Notes: generated by a model not told the origin, from the letters alone. DNA of 64,000 bases from Hemiscyllium ocellatum (GCF_020745735.1 NC_083404.1:89031731-89095730), one strand, 5' to 3'. Shown: positions 11,656 through 23,482, counted from the first letter of the stretch. Numbers and translations: made by a program.

Positions 11656-14049
11656 AAGATCAAATAATCACTGGAACAAATTCAGTAACATCACCAATTC
11701 TGAATTACAATATAATACAATATTGTAAAATTAATTGCTTTACACCATTACTTAATATTACAAAAATGTTATAAAATACAATAGTTGATCAGTAACAGTA
11801 TGAGGAATGCAGCTGCTAAAGAAAGCTTTTCCAATTGAAATGTTTTAATTGGAATGGATAGTGCATTGCACTTTATTAATAGGGAAGCTTCAGGCCTCTG
11901 CTGGATTTGTCAGGTTCAGACAGGATTATAGGAATGATGCATCATTCTATGTCATTACAAAAGGCTAGAAACATTTAAATTATCTGCAGTTCTTGCATCT
12001 AACCACTTATCATTGGTACCAATGAGAAAGTGGATACCATATAGGGACAGTATTGGAGTTTGTCTGTGATATCTCCATAATTCAAACTTTACACTTAATA
12101 CACAGGAGAAATGAGTAGAAAAACAGAGAAACAGGAGCAAAAAAAACCCCAGCAATAACTGGATAGAAATCCAAAGCTCTTACTAGGCTTCCATTATGAA
12201 TACACAAGATGTATGTATCATTTGCAATTTTTAACTTAATTTTCCTAAATGATTGACAGTTGTATATAACAAATTTTATTTAAAACTCTATCTACTAAAA
12301 CTATCTACTTCTTCAGCGTGTTCTTTTCTCAAGTATTTCTGAGCTTGCTTTTATATTTGTGCATGAGATGTGAATATTGTTAGCATGCAGTGCCCATCCC
12401 TATTTATCCAAGAGGACTGTTCCTGTATAACTACTCTTAGGGGCAGAAGTTTTATGTTTCTTCTTAATCCCAGTGATCAAAGTGTTTCTTGTGTGACATG
12501 CTTGTATTTCCTTACCCTCAGAATGGAGATCCTTTTTAAGTAATTCCATTAACCAAGCTTTCATGTAAGTTTTAAAATTAAGAATGTTATTTATTATCTT
12601 TTGCATGTCCATGGGATTTAAAAATGTGACATCTCACTCATTTGATTCATACACAATATAACAAAGATTAAATGTAGATGAAGAAAACGTAAAATACAAC
12701 AGACAATTGTCTTGAGTCTCTTTTGTGACAGATTTACAGCTTCTTCATTAAATCAAATGAAGTTCACATAAACTAAGGTTTCTCTGTAAACTGCAAGGCT
12801 TTATGTAGTTGAATTTCCAAAAACATTACTTTGCAGCTGAACTTGAAGTTGGGACAGTTCTTTTACATAAGATATAGCAGTTTATTACCTTGTCTACGGA
12901 AAAAATGTCTGTCTGCAGACCTGCTCCTATCTGTTTGAAAAGGATGGATCAAACATTGTTGTTTTGTCAATGTGATCTTGTTAACAATTTGAGTATGTTT
13001 CTAATAGTGTAATGAGTGAATAAACATCCTGTGTTGTATCTTTTTACTCCCTGAGAATTTGAGATAACCAAGGTCTTTCTCTTCAGATGATGGGCAACAT
13101 ATAACAATGGAGGCTTGATGGGATCCATTTCACATTTGGCTAATATGCATTGAGTTTGGGTTTCATTTGTCTACAAAGAACAAAAAGACAAGTTGGCTGG
13201 TATGTTATACAGTGACATCATGATTAATTAAACTCAGATCACACAACATTCTGCTTGCATCAAAGTCATCAGCCATTTCTGCTGAAAGAGCAGCAAATTA
13301 CATGGAATACTGCCTATGATAAACTGAAATTTCATACTGGCAACTCTGACTTGGCCAAACCTGTCTAAGTTTGTTATTGGATCATGCTATTCCATCAAGG
13401 TGGAATTAAACCACATAACAGATTGAAAATATGGAACACTGATCAATCCATCATTTGACACCAGGAACAAATTGAATAAAGACCTTTTCACACAGTTACT
13501 CTTTTACTATGTTTTCACTTGGCTTTTGAATCTGTTGTTTTTTATATAGACTGCATTTGCAATCATATCGGGTCACTTCTAGCTGCAGTCATGTGGAAAT
13601 TAGCCTCCTCAGCTCTCATGAAGCTCTGCTTAACATGGATTTGTGTGCAGGTTCCCCTGAGTCTTGACTCATAGGAATTTTACAGCAATTCGTTTTGTTC
13701 ATGATCCATCTTTAAACAAGGGATATGTGAATTCCCCAGGTGTTGATATTTAAGTAGCCATTTACCTGAGGCACAAGAATATTTGCAAAATATTTGATTC
13801 TGTAAAAGGTTACAGGATTTGCAGTAGCCATTTAAAAAGGTTGTTCTAAAATTTCAAAATATTGTCTTAACTCTTCTGATGTTTAGCAGCATGATAGTAT
13901 GTACTCAGATCAAACATTGTAACTGCTTGGCACCATTGGTATATTTGACTCTACATTAGTTACATACCAGTACAGCTTGGGCTGCTAGAGTCCTGAAGTC
14001 ATTGTTCAGGAATGTTCAATTTACACTTAGCTTTAACTTTAATGCTGGA

Positions 14050-14160
14050 AATGCTCTGCCCCAGAAGGCAGTGGAGGCCCAGTCTCTGGATTCATTTAAG
14101 AAAGAGTTGGATAGAGCTCTCAAGGATAGTGGAATCAAGGGCCATGGAGATAAGGCAGGA
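14050..14160 (+). mobile_element. 111-bp CR1 fragment, inverted copy of 14902-15012
   Basis: 110 of 111 nt identical to the reverse complement of 14902-15012 (NALPQKAVEAQSLDSFKKELDRALKDSGIKGHGDKAG). Confidence 0.95.
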
Positions 14161-14491
14161 CCCCTTTTTAGAGGTATAATTGCAATTGATAGAGTGACAA
14201 TTTGAGTGTAGAAGGTTTTAGACAAACAATATGCCAGCAATTGTTGTTAATACAATTTTAATTTTGATCGCTTCCAAGTAAATAAGACAAAGTGAAAAGA
14301 TTTGAAATGTAAACAAAGTTTTCTGGTCACCATGCTTATTCTTGCTTCTCAGGTTTACACAAAACAGATCAATTTAATTGTATTCAAAGATGTTAATTTA
14401 CCAGAAACATTGTGTGATTAATATAGGAGAGACCTATCTTCTCATTAGAAAAACTGCCTCGTTCAAAAGGAATTGACAAGTCCTAATTTTT

Positions 14492-14683
14492 GAAAAATGT
14501 GTTGCTGGAAAAGCGCAGCAGGTCAGGCAGCACCCAAGGAGCAGGAGAATCGACGTTTCAGGCATAAGCCCTTCTTCAGGACCGTCGATTCTCCTGCTCC
14601 TCGGATGCTGCCTGACCTGCTGTGCTTTTCCAGCAACACATTTTTCAGCTCTCATCTCCAGCATCTGCAGTCCTCACTTTCTC
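14492..14683. mobile_element. Fold-back PLE mini-element with 15-bp TSD
   Basis: Arms ~14491-14555 and ~14583-14647; flanks CAAGTCCTAATTTTT (14477-14491) and CAAGTCCTCATTTTT (14684-14698). Confidence 0.9.
14552..14579 (-). ncRNA. Minimal hammerhead ribozyme motif, intact core
   Basis: Minus strand reads CTGAAGA-A-GGGC-TTAT-GCCT-GAAAC-GTC; palindromic ACGT stem III, GUC triplet. Confidence 0.75.
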
Positions 14684-14795
14684 CAAGTCCTCATTTTTTC
14701 AAATTTGAAAATTTGTCATATAACATGGTCCATGTAATGGCTATAGTGTTAGTGCTTTGGCTAATATTTTGTAGAAAAATTTGACTTGGATTGTC

Positions 14796-15278
14796 AAGAC
14801 AGGACAATAGACAATAGGTGCAGGCGTAGGCCACTCTGCCCTTCAAGCCTGCACCACCATTCAATATGATCATGGCTGATCATCCTTAATCAGTATCTTG
14901 TTCCTGCCTTATCTCCATGGCCCTTGATTCCACTATCCTTCAGAGCTCTATCCAACTCTTTCTTAAATGAATCCAGAGACTGGGCCTCCACTGCCTTCTG
15001 GGGCAGAGCATTCCACACAGCCACCACTCTCTGGGTGAAGAAGTTTCTCCTCATCTCTGTCCTAAATGGTCTACCCCATATTTTTAAGCTGTGTCCTCTG
15101 GTTCGGCACTTACCCATCAGCGGAAACATGTTTCCTGCCTCCAGAGTGTCCAATCCTTTAATAACCTTATATGTCTCAATCAGATCCTCTCTCAGTCTTC
15201 TAAACTCAAGGGTATACAAGCCCAAACGCTCCAGTCTTTCAACGTAAGGTAGTCCCGCCATTCCAGGAATTGACCTCG
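14796..15278 (-). mobile_element. Young CR1 LINE 3' end
   Basis: Uninterrupted ORF 14890..15261 (LYTLEFRRLREDLIETYK..FFTQRVVAVWNALP); (GACAATA)n tail; TTGACTTGGA duplicated at 14781-90 and 15299-308. Confidence 0.95.
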
Positions 15279-15441
15279 TGTTACTCTATCAATTGCAATT
15301 GACTTGGAGCATGTGCCAGATGTAGATAGTTTGTCATGCTGATTTGATGCTAGTGCTACCATCTTGAAGATGATGAGATTATCTTCCCTTAACCTTAATC
15401 CTCTGTACTTCTTTTACACTCATTGTTGTGTCTACATAGTC

Positions 15442-15680
15442 TCGTAGAATCCCTGCAGTGTGGAAACAGACCATTTGGACAATGATGTCTGCACAGCATT
15501 ATCCCTATAATTCTGAATTTCCCATCACCAATCCACCTAATCTGCACATTTTAGCACTGTGGGAAGAAACCTACGCAAACAAAGGGATAATCCGCAAATT
15601 CCACACAGTCGCCTGAGGATGGAATCAAACCTGGGTCCCTGATGCTGTGAGGCAGCCCTGAAAACCACTGAGCCATCATA
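15442..15680 (-). mobile_element. HE1-type SINE, degenerate
   Basis: CAGTGTGGAAACAG tail junction, eroded V-domain, tRNA-like head (GCTGTGAGGCAGC..AACCACTGAGCCA). Confidence 0.8.
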
Positions 15681-16461
15681 CTTCTGCTCTCTTCATTGTA
15701 ATTAAAGCTATTGTCTTTAATTACAGTCATTTTCTTCTGAGTTTCCTTTTCGGATTCATTTTTTTCTTAACTCTAATAATTTCCATGGGTTTTCCTCTCG
15801 AGCTCCCACATTCCAAACAAATGTTACCGTCAGTTCCAGACTCATTAATTTCTGATCTGAGGAGGAGATTTTGGGGCACTTCCAGCTTTCCATTCACTGC
15901 CTTGACAACTTCCTTTTGCTATCCATTTTCTATCCCTTTCAACTTTATGAGGGTGATAGGAAATAGGTTAAGTTTTATGGATTAGATCATAATCAGCAAC
16001 TATTATTGTTGCCTGTCGAACTATTGGTTTTTGACATACATTCTTATTTGTGGTTTCAGCTTCTCCTCCTCAAATCCAAAGTTATTTTGCTTAACACTTT
16101 CAAATTCAGTATAGGCTTGCTCCAGCCGTTTCCTTAACTTCCAGGACATTTGCTATAAGCATCAGCTACTAACTTATATGCAGCCAATATAGTTTTCTTT
16201 ACAACATCATAATCCTAAGAAACCTTCTCTGACAGTGAAGCATAAATGTCCTGTGCTTTACCTGCCAACTTAACCTGCATGATAAAATGTCCAGGTCTTT
16301 ATTGCACAATTCATTTGCCTAGCCATTTTCTCAAATGACATGAAGACTGCCTCAATTTCTCTTCCTTAAATTTTGCTAGGGTATGTGCAAACTTAAACAT
16401 TTTCCTAATTCGACTCCGATTACCTTCACCATACTGCATCAACATCTGACATTGCCTGTGT

Positions 16462-16645
16462 AGTATCCCAACAAGTCCACACTGGCCCTCAGAAGAGTAA
16501 CCCATCCCCTCCACCCAATATTTACTGCTGACTAATGCACCTAACCTGCACATCCTTGAACACTTTGGGCAATTTAGTATGGCCAATTCATCTAACCAGC
16601 TTATCTTTGGACTGTGGGAGGAAACCAGAGCAAACCCACACGGAT
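16462..16645 (-). mobile_element. HE1-type SINE internal fragment
   Basis: CCCAACAAGTCCACACT..GGGCAATTTAG..GGACTGTGGGAGGAAACC. Confidence 0.8.
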
Positions 16646-16769
16646 ACAGGTCTGTCAAATTTCCCTTATGGTTGCTAGGGGCAACTCTGCCACCTGCAGG
16701 AAACTCTCTGCTGTTTTCAGTGTCATGTTTTAAATGTAGTACACAAGCTGGTGTTTCTCTCTAGCTGAA

Positions 16770-17030
16770 TAAAGATAAAATACTGCAGATGCTAGAAATC
16801 TGATGAAGACTCAGGGACTGCTGGAGAAACCCAACAGGTATGTCAACATTAGTAGACAGTGAAACAGACCTAATATTTGGAATCAAATACAACTTCTTCA
16901 GACAAAAAAAAAGACATATTAAGAACCAAGGAGGAGTCAAATTGACTCAAAATATAAACTCTATTTCTCTGTCCACGGATGTAGCCAGACCTGTTGAATT
17001 TCTCCAGACTTTTCCATGTCGTTTTCCTTT
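16770..17030. mobile_element. PLE-terminus-derived repeat with inverted halves (old)
   Basis: Minus half 16770-16902 (ACTGCAGATGCT..CTGGAGAAACCCAACAGG..CTTCTTCAGA) and plus half ~16925-17030 (GACTCAAAA..CCAGACCTGTTGAATTTCTCCAG). Confidence 0.6.
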
Positions 17031-17765
17031 ATCTATTTTTATTTACTAATACCACACCCAAACCATCATTGCCTCTGTTTCACATGTATCCTAGATGAGC
17101 CCCTAACTTTGTCACACCTCCTTTCAGTGGTGTGTTGAAAATGAAGCCTGAACATCCATGCAATCACTGCAAAGGCTAAAGACTATAAAAAGTACAGAAA
17201 GATTCCCTACTGACCTAACTTTCAGATGAGATTTACAGAAAACACGGACCACGTTTCTGCATTTAACAAAACTTCCTGTGTATTGAAAGTAGGTAGACTC
17301 GACAGCTAAACAGTTATGACCTATCTGCATGTAACTGAGAATGGAAAAATCTATCCTTCTTATGCACAGGAAGACACGGATAGGGCAAAAATGGATGTTA
17401 TGGATAGTGGGGCTGTGGCAGGGCTGGGTGGTGGTGGGGGGCAGTAGTTGGAACATAGTTCCATTGTTCCTGGTCGTAGAGTTGCTGAGGTGATTCTTAT
17501 GATTATTTGTGTTAGTCAGTCTGCTGTTTCTTGGTCTGCCTCATTTGAAGGCTTTTACTGATTTGTTGGAGACACAAGGGACTGGTTCCTCCTTACTAAT
17601 TAAAAGTCACAGCTACAACAACTGCTGAAGAAAAAAATAAGCTGGTTTTGTGAATGCTTACTGTAGGTTTTATTGCAGAGAACAAAGCGATCTCCAAAGG
17701 AGGTAGACATCTAAAAGGGTCTCTCTATTTTATTCACAACATCATGTGATTCAGCTACCTGAGAA

Positions 17766-17834
17766 CCAATCACACAGCTGTTGGCAGGTGGAAGGCCTTT
17801 GCTATTGGTAACTGCTTATTGGCCAGAGACCAAT
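17766..17834. promoter_or_regulatory. CCAAT-box cluster with two E-boxes (candidate promoter/enhancer)
   Basis: CCAAT 17766, ATTGG 17804, ATTGG 17818, CCAAT 17830; CAGCTG 17775, CAGGTG 17785. Confidence 0.35.
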
Positions 17835-18033
17835 CAGCAACTTGTACTGACTAAAGCTCTATTTGTATACAACCCCCTCACTCAATTTATCTGCAATCAT
17901 ACTTTAACTAATGATGGTACCAGCAGCAGCCACATAAACTGTGTTTACAGTGAGTGTCAAGTTATTCACTTTCAAACGTGTAGCAATACTCCAGCAATCC
18001 ATGTTTTTTAAAACTGTTATTTTCTTGTTTCAG

Positions 18034-18174
18034 TCCACAAATAAATATACAGAGAAAATAAGAAGGTACAGTCTTTCACAGGAACACTTCTGTCTTGTGA
18101 AGGAGGTGGTCTCAGTGGAGATTGCAAAGCTATATTGTTTTTCTGTTTTTGGATCTCCTCTGAGCTCTGTTGAG
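18034..18174 (+). other. Candidate 141-nt internal exon (phase 0/0, open frame)
   Basis: Acceptor TTATTTTCTTGTTTCAG, donor GAG|GTAAGG; reads STNKYTEKIRRYSLSQEHFCLVKEVVSVEIAKLYCFSVFGSPLSSVE; protein not recognised. Confidence 0.35.
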
Positions 18175-18294
18175 GTAAGGGGAAAGTAGAGGAGGTATGC
18201 TTATATCAACTGCAACCTGGGAATCAGAGAAATTATGGAACATATGGGGAAGTGCTGAATTGGGTGCATGTAAAAATTCCCTAGAACTATTTTA

Positions 18295-18445
18295 AAGAAC
18301 AGCATGAGTATTAATTATTTGTGGGACCCTGCTGTGTATAAAATAGTTGCCATGCCTCCTGCATTATAGCACACACTTCAAAAGTATGTTGTTGGTTGAA
18401 AAGTACATTGAAAAATCCTGTGGTCATGAAGTGGTCTTTATTCAT
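18295..18445 (+). mobile_element. DeuSINE (SacSINE1/AmnSINE1-like) 3' remnant
   Basis: TTTGTGGGACCCTGCTGTGTATAAAATAGTTGCC..CACTTCAAAAGTA..GTCATGAA resembles the end of the Deu domain and the L2-like tail. Confidence 0.6.
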
Positions 18446-20893
18446 TTTCTATTAGATTATCTCTGCTCCTCTTTGGTGAAACTGTCGGATCAACAGCATT
18501 GTTGAAACCTCTAAAGAAATATGATGAACACAATTGTGTATAAAGTTAATTTTAATTGAGGCACCACAATAATTATAACATGTAGCAATAGGCTTTCCCA
18601 AAAACAACAACCGAGATTATTGTGTCAAAATAGCACTGCTATTTAGTGCAAGAGATATAGCAATTTCAGGTGAAGGACAGATACTTGGTCGTGTTGAAAG
18701 ATCCAAAAATGGCTGTCTGAATTGTCGCTTTATCGCTTAGCTTCCTGAAAACGAATTCATCATTGAAATGTACAAAGTGACTTGAGGTTGATACATCAGT
18801 GTGTGAGACATGAATTTATACTACATTATGCCAAGTATACTAGCCATAGAAAGTTAAGAATATACCAGATTTACTGCCATTTAATGATTATTGTTAATTA
18901 TGTGATAAGTGAATATAGCTAACTGTCAACCTCTCTGGTACTGAAAACTAATTGTTATAAACTGGAGTCCCATTCATTCAGGTTGCAAATATTCTCTGTT
19001 AAAAATATTTGGAAACTTAGTTGGGTTTACTCTTTTTTTTACTGTATCTGATTTGATATTAAATTCACCCAACTTAATGTACATGTTCCCCAAAGTCAGT
19101 AATCGTTCTGTTAATATTACAACCCATCAACTTGATTGTTTAAGGATATCTATAGTTGCTCATCCTGTTGACTCAGGTTCCAGACACCCTGCTTTACTCT
19201 CTATGCCATTACCAGCTCACACTTTGTGCAATGGCCATGCAAACACTGTAACAATCTAACATATCCAAGGACAAGTTTAACAAACAGCAGTTATCATTAA
19301 ACAGCCTACTGCAGCAATTAGGGCACAAGTTGTAAGTGATGGATGAAGCAGTCATTTCTAAATGTCACTAGAAGTAAGTGAACTCTGCTAGAAAGCTCAT
19401 CTCATTTTTTAGTCTGTACTTGATTTTTTTGTATCCATGAATATTACACTGTTAGCGTAAGAAAATAAAATGAATTAATTTGGAAAACATTCACACCATA
19501 AACTAGGTTTTTAAGTTTTCAATAGGAATTAGGAGATTTTCTGAATGTGTGACTCCACCTGCTACCTGGCACTGACGATGTGATTTAAATATGGGCTGGC
19601 AGAAATTGCGTCTCCCCAAGCAGCAACCCTAAAGGAGGCTAGAAGCTGGCTGATGTCAAGGCAGATAAGTTAATATCCATTCCCTGAGACATTGGTCCTT
19701 TTCTAGTGATGGGGTTAACCATGGTGTCACCTCAACACTTTCAGTCCTTAACACCTGCTCACACCTTAAAACACTCATTCCTGTGCTATCCCTTAACCCT
19801 ATAATTCTCTGTACCATCCCAAAACTTAGTCCTTTTCTCTAATATCCATTACAAAGAGCACTCAGTCTTATAACAAATTTTGAAGTTTTTGAAAAGATTA
19901 TCTAACTATTAAAATAAATACATGAACATACAGTTAAGAAGTCCTCTATGAAAAGTTCATAAATTTGTCAGAATAAACCAGTTCATTTCTCTTCTCTTTT
20001 TAAATTGTCATCAGGAAAACCCTTCATGTAGAATCCATTCCCATGAACATCTGTATAAACACCTCTTGAGCAGAATTAATTAATGGGTTAGAAGTTAATG
20101 AAGCACCCTTAATGAGATTCTACTGAACAGATATGTCACCAAGCCCTTTTGTGCAGAATCTATTAAAACCCATGAACACATATATAGCAACATTTGAAAC
20201 AGCCAAATAGATGGATGAGATGAACTTCATGGGAAAAGTAATCAAAGTAGTTGAGACTTTTCACACTGTAAGACCTAGTTTTAATCATACTGGAGCATAG
20301 TGTTTTACCCAGTAGATAATGTTCTCTAAAGCATATGGTTTTTTTCCCCTCTTTTGCAATGCTTTTTCTGTTAAAAGCTTACCAATGTCAGGAGTGACAA
20401 CCTGGCCACTGTGTTATTTAATTGGCATTTACATTTTCAAAAAGCACTCCAATTGTTCACTGTTCTGAAAGGATTTATACTTTGTGCTATAGGATTTCAC
20501 TATGTAATGAAAAGAAGGCAACACGTTATTGTACATGTTCTTGAAATGTATCTCAGCACCAAACTATGGTTTCCCCATGGTTCACTGCTCAGATGATTTA
20601 TAATACCTTCTAAAATGACCCTGACACCATCAAAATTGTGCAAACTCTAAAATGCTTCCTTCTACAATGGTGCCAATAACTTCAGTACAACAGTTTGTGG
20701 TCTTCTAACCCATTGTCATGTTGGTAGCAATTGCCATCACATTGAAAAAGAGCAAAGCACCCCTGATTCCAGTTGCAAATGTTAAAATTATTTGTAAACA
20801 TGATTGGTTTTCCACTTTATTTCACTTACTGTACCTGATTTGATATTTGATTCACCCATTATAATATAAATCGCATTATGCTTCAAGCCTGCC

Positions 20894-21190
20894 TGAAGTA
20901 TTTTGGCCGAAAAGCAAGACAAGAAAATCCAGCCCCAGACCACTGTTACTCACTCAGCTAATGTCGAATGTAGAGCAGTACTGGGATTGGAACCAGGTGG
21001 ATCTTATTGACTGTGAGATCCTTGGTTGGGGTTATTAACCTGGGCCAATCAGGGAGCCCTGGCTGACTGACAGAAACAGGGAATTCAGAATCTCCTTACT
21101 CCAGGGACTGACTCCAAGCAGGCTGGCCATAGCCAGTGTACTGTGCACATGTAAATAAAGAGTGACTTGGTGATGGGATACCGAACTCTA
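20894..21190 (+). mobile_element. Probable solo LTR (3' end clipped by CR1)
   Basis: Starts TG(AAG); CCAAT box 21045 in GGGCCAATCAGGGAGCCCTGGCTGAC; AATAAA 21154; terminal CA not seen. Confidence 0.6.
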
Positions 21191-21890
21191 GTACAACCCA
21201 GGAACAGGCCTTTGGGCTCATCATGTCTTGCTGACCATGATGCTATTCTAAACTACTCCCATCTACCTGCACAAGGTCTGTGTCTCTTCATTTACTGCTT
21301 CTCCATGTGGCTGTCTAAATACTTCTTAAATATTGCTATCATATGTGTTTTATCACCTCCTCTGGTAGTGCATTCCAAACACCTACCATCCTCAGTGCAA
21401 AAAGCCTTCCTCGCACACCACCTTGAAACTTTCTCCTCTCACCTTAAACCAATGCCCTCTAGTGATTGACATGTTCAGCCAAGGAAAGAGACTCTGACTA
21501 TCCACCCTATCCATGCCTGTCATTATATTATATGCTTCTATCAGGTTGCCCTTCAGTCTCGGACGCTCTCGTTAAAACAATCCAAATTTACCTAACCTCT
21601 CCTGATAGGACTCCAATCCTGGTAAATCTCTTTTGTATCCTCTTCAAAACCTCTGCATCCTTCCTATGGTGTGACGCTGACCAGAACTGCGCACAATACT
21701 CCAAATGGGACCTAATAAAAGTCTTAGACAGCTGCAACATGACTTGCCACCTTTTATATTCAATGTCCCGATTGATGAAGACAAGCATGCTGCGTGTCTT
21801 CTTTACTAGGTTACTACTTTCAGGCAGCTATGGACTGACAGCTCAAGATTCCCTCTGTAATTCAAAGTTTCTAGAAGTCTTGCTATCATT
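21190..21890 (-). mobile_element. Old CR1 3' fragment
   Basis: ORF 21588..21788 (INRDIEYK..LIRSHLEYCAQFWS..RIQKRFTR). Confidence 0.85.
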
Positions 21891-21898
21891 TTGTTCTA

Positions 21899-23355
21899 GG
21901 AGAAAGTGAGGACTGCAGATGCTGGAGGTCGGAGCTGAAAATGTGTTGCTGGAAAAGCGCAGCAGGTCAGGCAGCATCCAAGGAGCAGGAAAATCGACGT
22001 TTCAGGCATGAGCCCTTCTTCAGGAATGAGGAAGGTGTGCCAAACAGGCTAAGATAAAAGGTAGGGAGGAGGGACTTGGGGGAGGGGCGTTGGAAATGCG
22101 ATAGGTGGAAGGATATTAAGGTGAGGGTGATCGGCTAAAGTGGGGTGGGTGCGGAGAGGTCAGGAAGAAGATTGCAGGTTAGGAAGGTGGTGCTGAGTTC
22201 GAGGGTTGGGACTGAGACAAAGTGGGGGGAGGGGAAGTGAGGAAACTGGAGAAATCTGAGTTCATCCCTTGTGGTTGGAGGGTTCCTAGGCAGAAGATGA
22301 GGCACTCTTCCTCCAGCCATCATGTTGCTATGGTCTGGCGGTGGAGGAGTCCAAGGACCTGCATGTCCTTGGTGGAGTGGGAGGGGGAGTTGACGTGTTG
22401 AGCCACGGGGTGGTTGGGTTGGTTGGTCCGGGTGTCCCAGAGATGTTCTCTGAAATGTTCCGCAAGTAGGCAGCCTGTCTCCCCAATATAGAGGAGACCA
22501 CATCGGGTGCAGCAGATGCAGTAAATGATGTGTGCGGAGGTGCAGGTGAATTTGTGGCGGATATGGAAGGATCCCTTGGGGTCTTGGAGGGAAGTAAGGG
22601 GGGAGGTGTGGGCGCAAGTTTTGCATTTCTTGCAGTTGCAGGGGAAGGTATCGGGAGTGGAGGTTGGGTTGGTGGGGGGTGTGGACCTGACGAGGGAGTC
22701 ACGGAGGGAGTGATCTTTGCGGAACGCTGATAGGGGAGGGGAGGGAAATATATCCCTGGTGGTGGGGTCTGTTTGGAGGTGGCGGAAATGACGACGGATG
22801 ATACGATGTATATGGAGGTTGGGGGGGGTGTAGGTGAAGACCAGTGGGGTTCTGTCCTGGTGGCGATTGGAGGGGCGGGGCTCAAAGGCGGAGAGCGGGA
22901 AGTGGAGGAGATGCAGTGGAGAGCATCGTTGACCACGTCTGGGGGGAAATTGCGGTCTTTGAGGAAGGAGGCCATCCGGGTTGTTCGGTATTGGAACTGG
23001 TCCTCCTGGGAGCAGATGTGGCGGAGACGAAGGAATTGGAAATACGGGATGGTGTTTTTACAGGGGGCAGGGTGGGAGGAGGTGTAGTCTAGGTAGCTGT
23101 GGGAGTCGGTCGGTTTATAGTAAATGTCCGTGTTGATTTGGTTGCCCGAGATAGAAATGGAGAGGTCTAGGAAGAGGAGGGAGGAGTCTGAGACGGTCCA
23201 GGTAAATTTTGAGGTCGGGGTGGAAGGTGTTAGTAAAGTGGATGAACTGTTCAACCTTCTCGTGGGAGCACGAGGCAGCGCCTAAACAGTCATCGATGTA
23301 GTGGAGGAAAAGGTGGAGGGTGGTGGCAGTGTAGCTGCAGTAGATGGACTGTTAC
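21899..23355 (-). mobile_element. Penelope-like element (Neptune-like), RT C-terminus + GIY-YIG endonuclease + terminus
   Basis: ORF 22328..23254: FLDLSISI..TDIYYKPTDSHSYLDYTSSHP..CK..IP..QFLRLR.ICS; alternate frame LYWG/YIGET-type GIY-YIG; frameshifted. Confidence 0.92.
21996..22023 (-). ncRNA. Minimal hammerhead ribozyme motif, intact core
   Basis: Minus strand reads CTGAAGA-A-GGGC-TCAT-GCCT-GAAAC-GTC. Confidence 0.75.
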
Positions 23356-23360
23356 ATCTC

Positions 23361-23482
23361 ACTCCCTCCATGACTCCCTCAGGTCCACATCCCCCACCAA
23401 TCCAACCTCCACTCCCGGCACCTTCTCCTGCAACCGCAAGAAATGCAAAACTTGCACCCACACCTCTGCCCTTACTTCCCTC
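23361..23482 (+). mobile_element. Inverted internal PLE segment at the 5' end of the 21.9-23.4 kb element
   Basis: Reverse complement of ~22590-22711 (PSPATARNAKLAPT appears in both orientations). Confidence 0.85.

Noticed and set aside
14492-14683. miRNA precursor or DNA-transposon MITE
   Set aside because: The arms are PLE terminus sequence, the ends are asymmetric, and the long TSD points to retrotransposition.
22060-22240. G-quadruplex-rich regulatory element
   Set aside because: The G runs are simply the antisense of the C-rich PLE 3' UTR, repeated at 32310 and 43570.
22328-23254. 308-aa Pro/Thr-rich ORF as a mucin-like protein
   Set aside because: The N-terminal part is PLE RT and the remainder is a frameshifted read of the endonuclease region.
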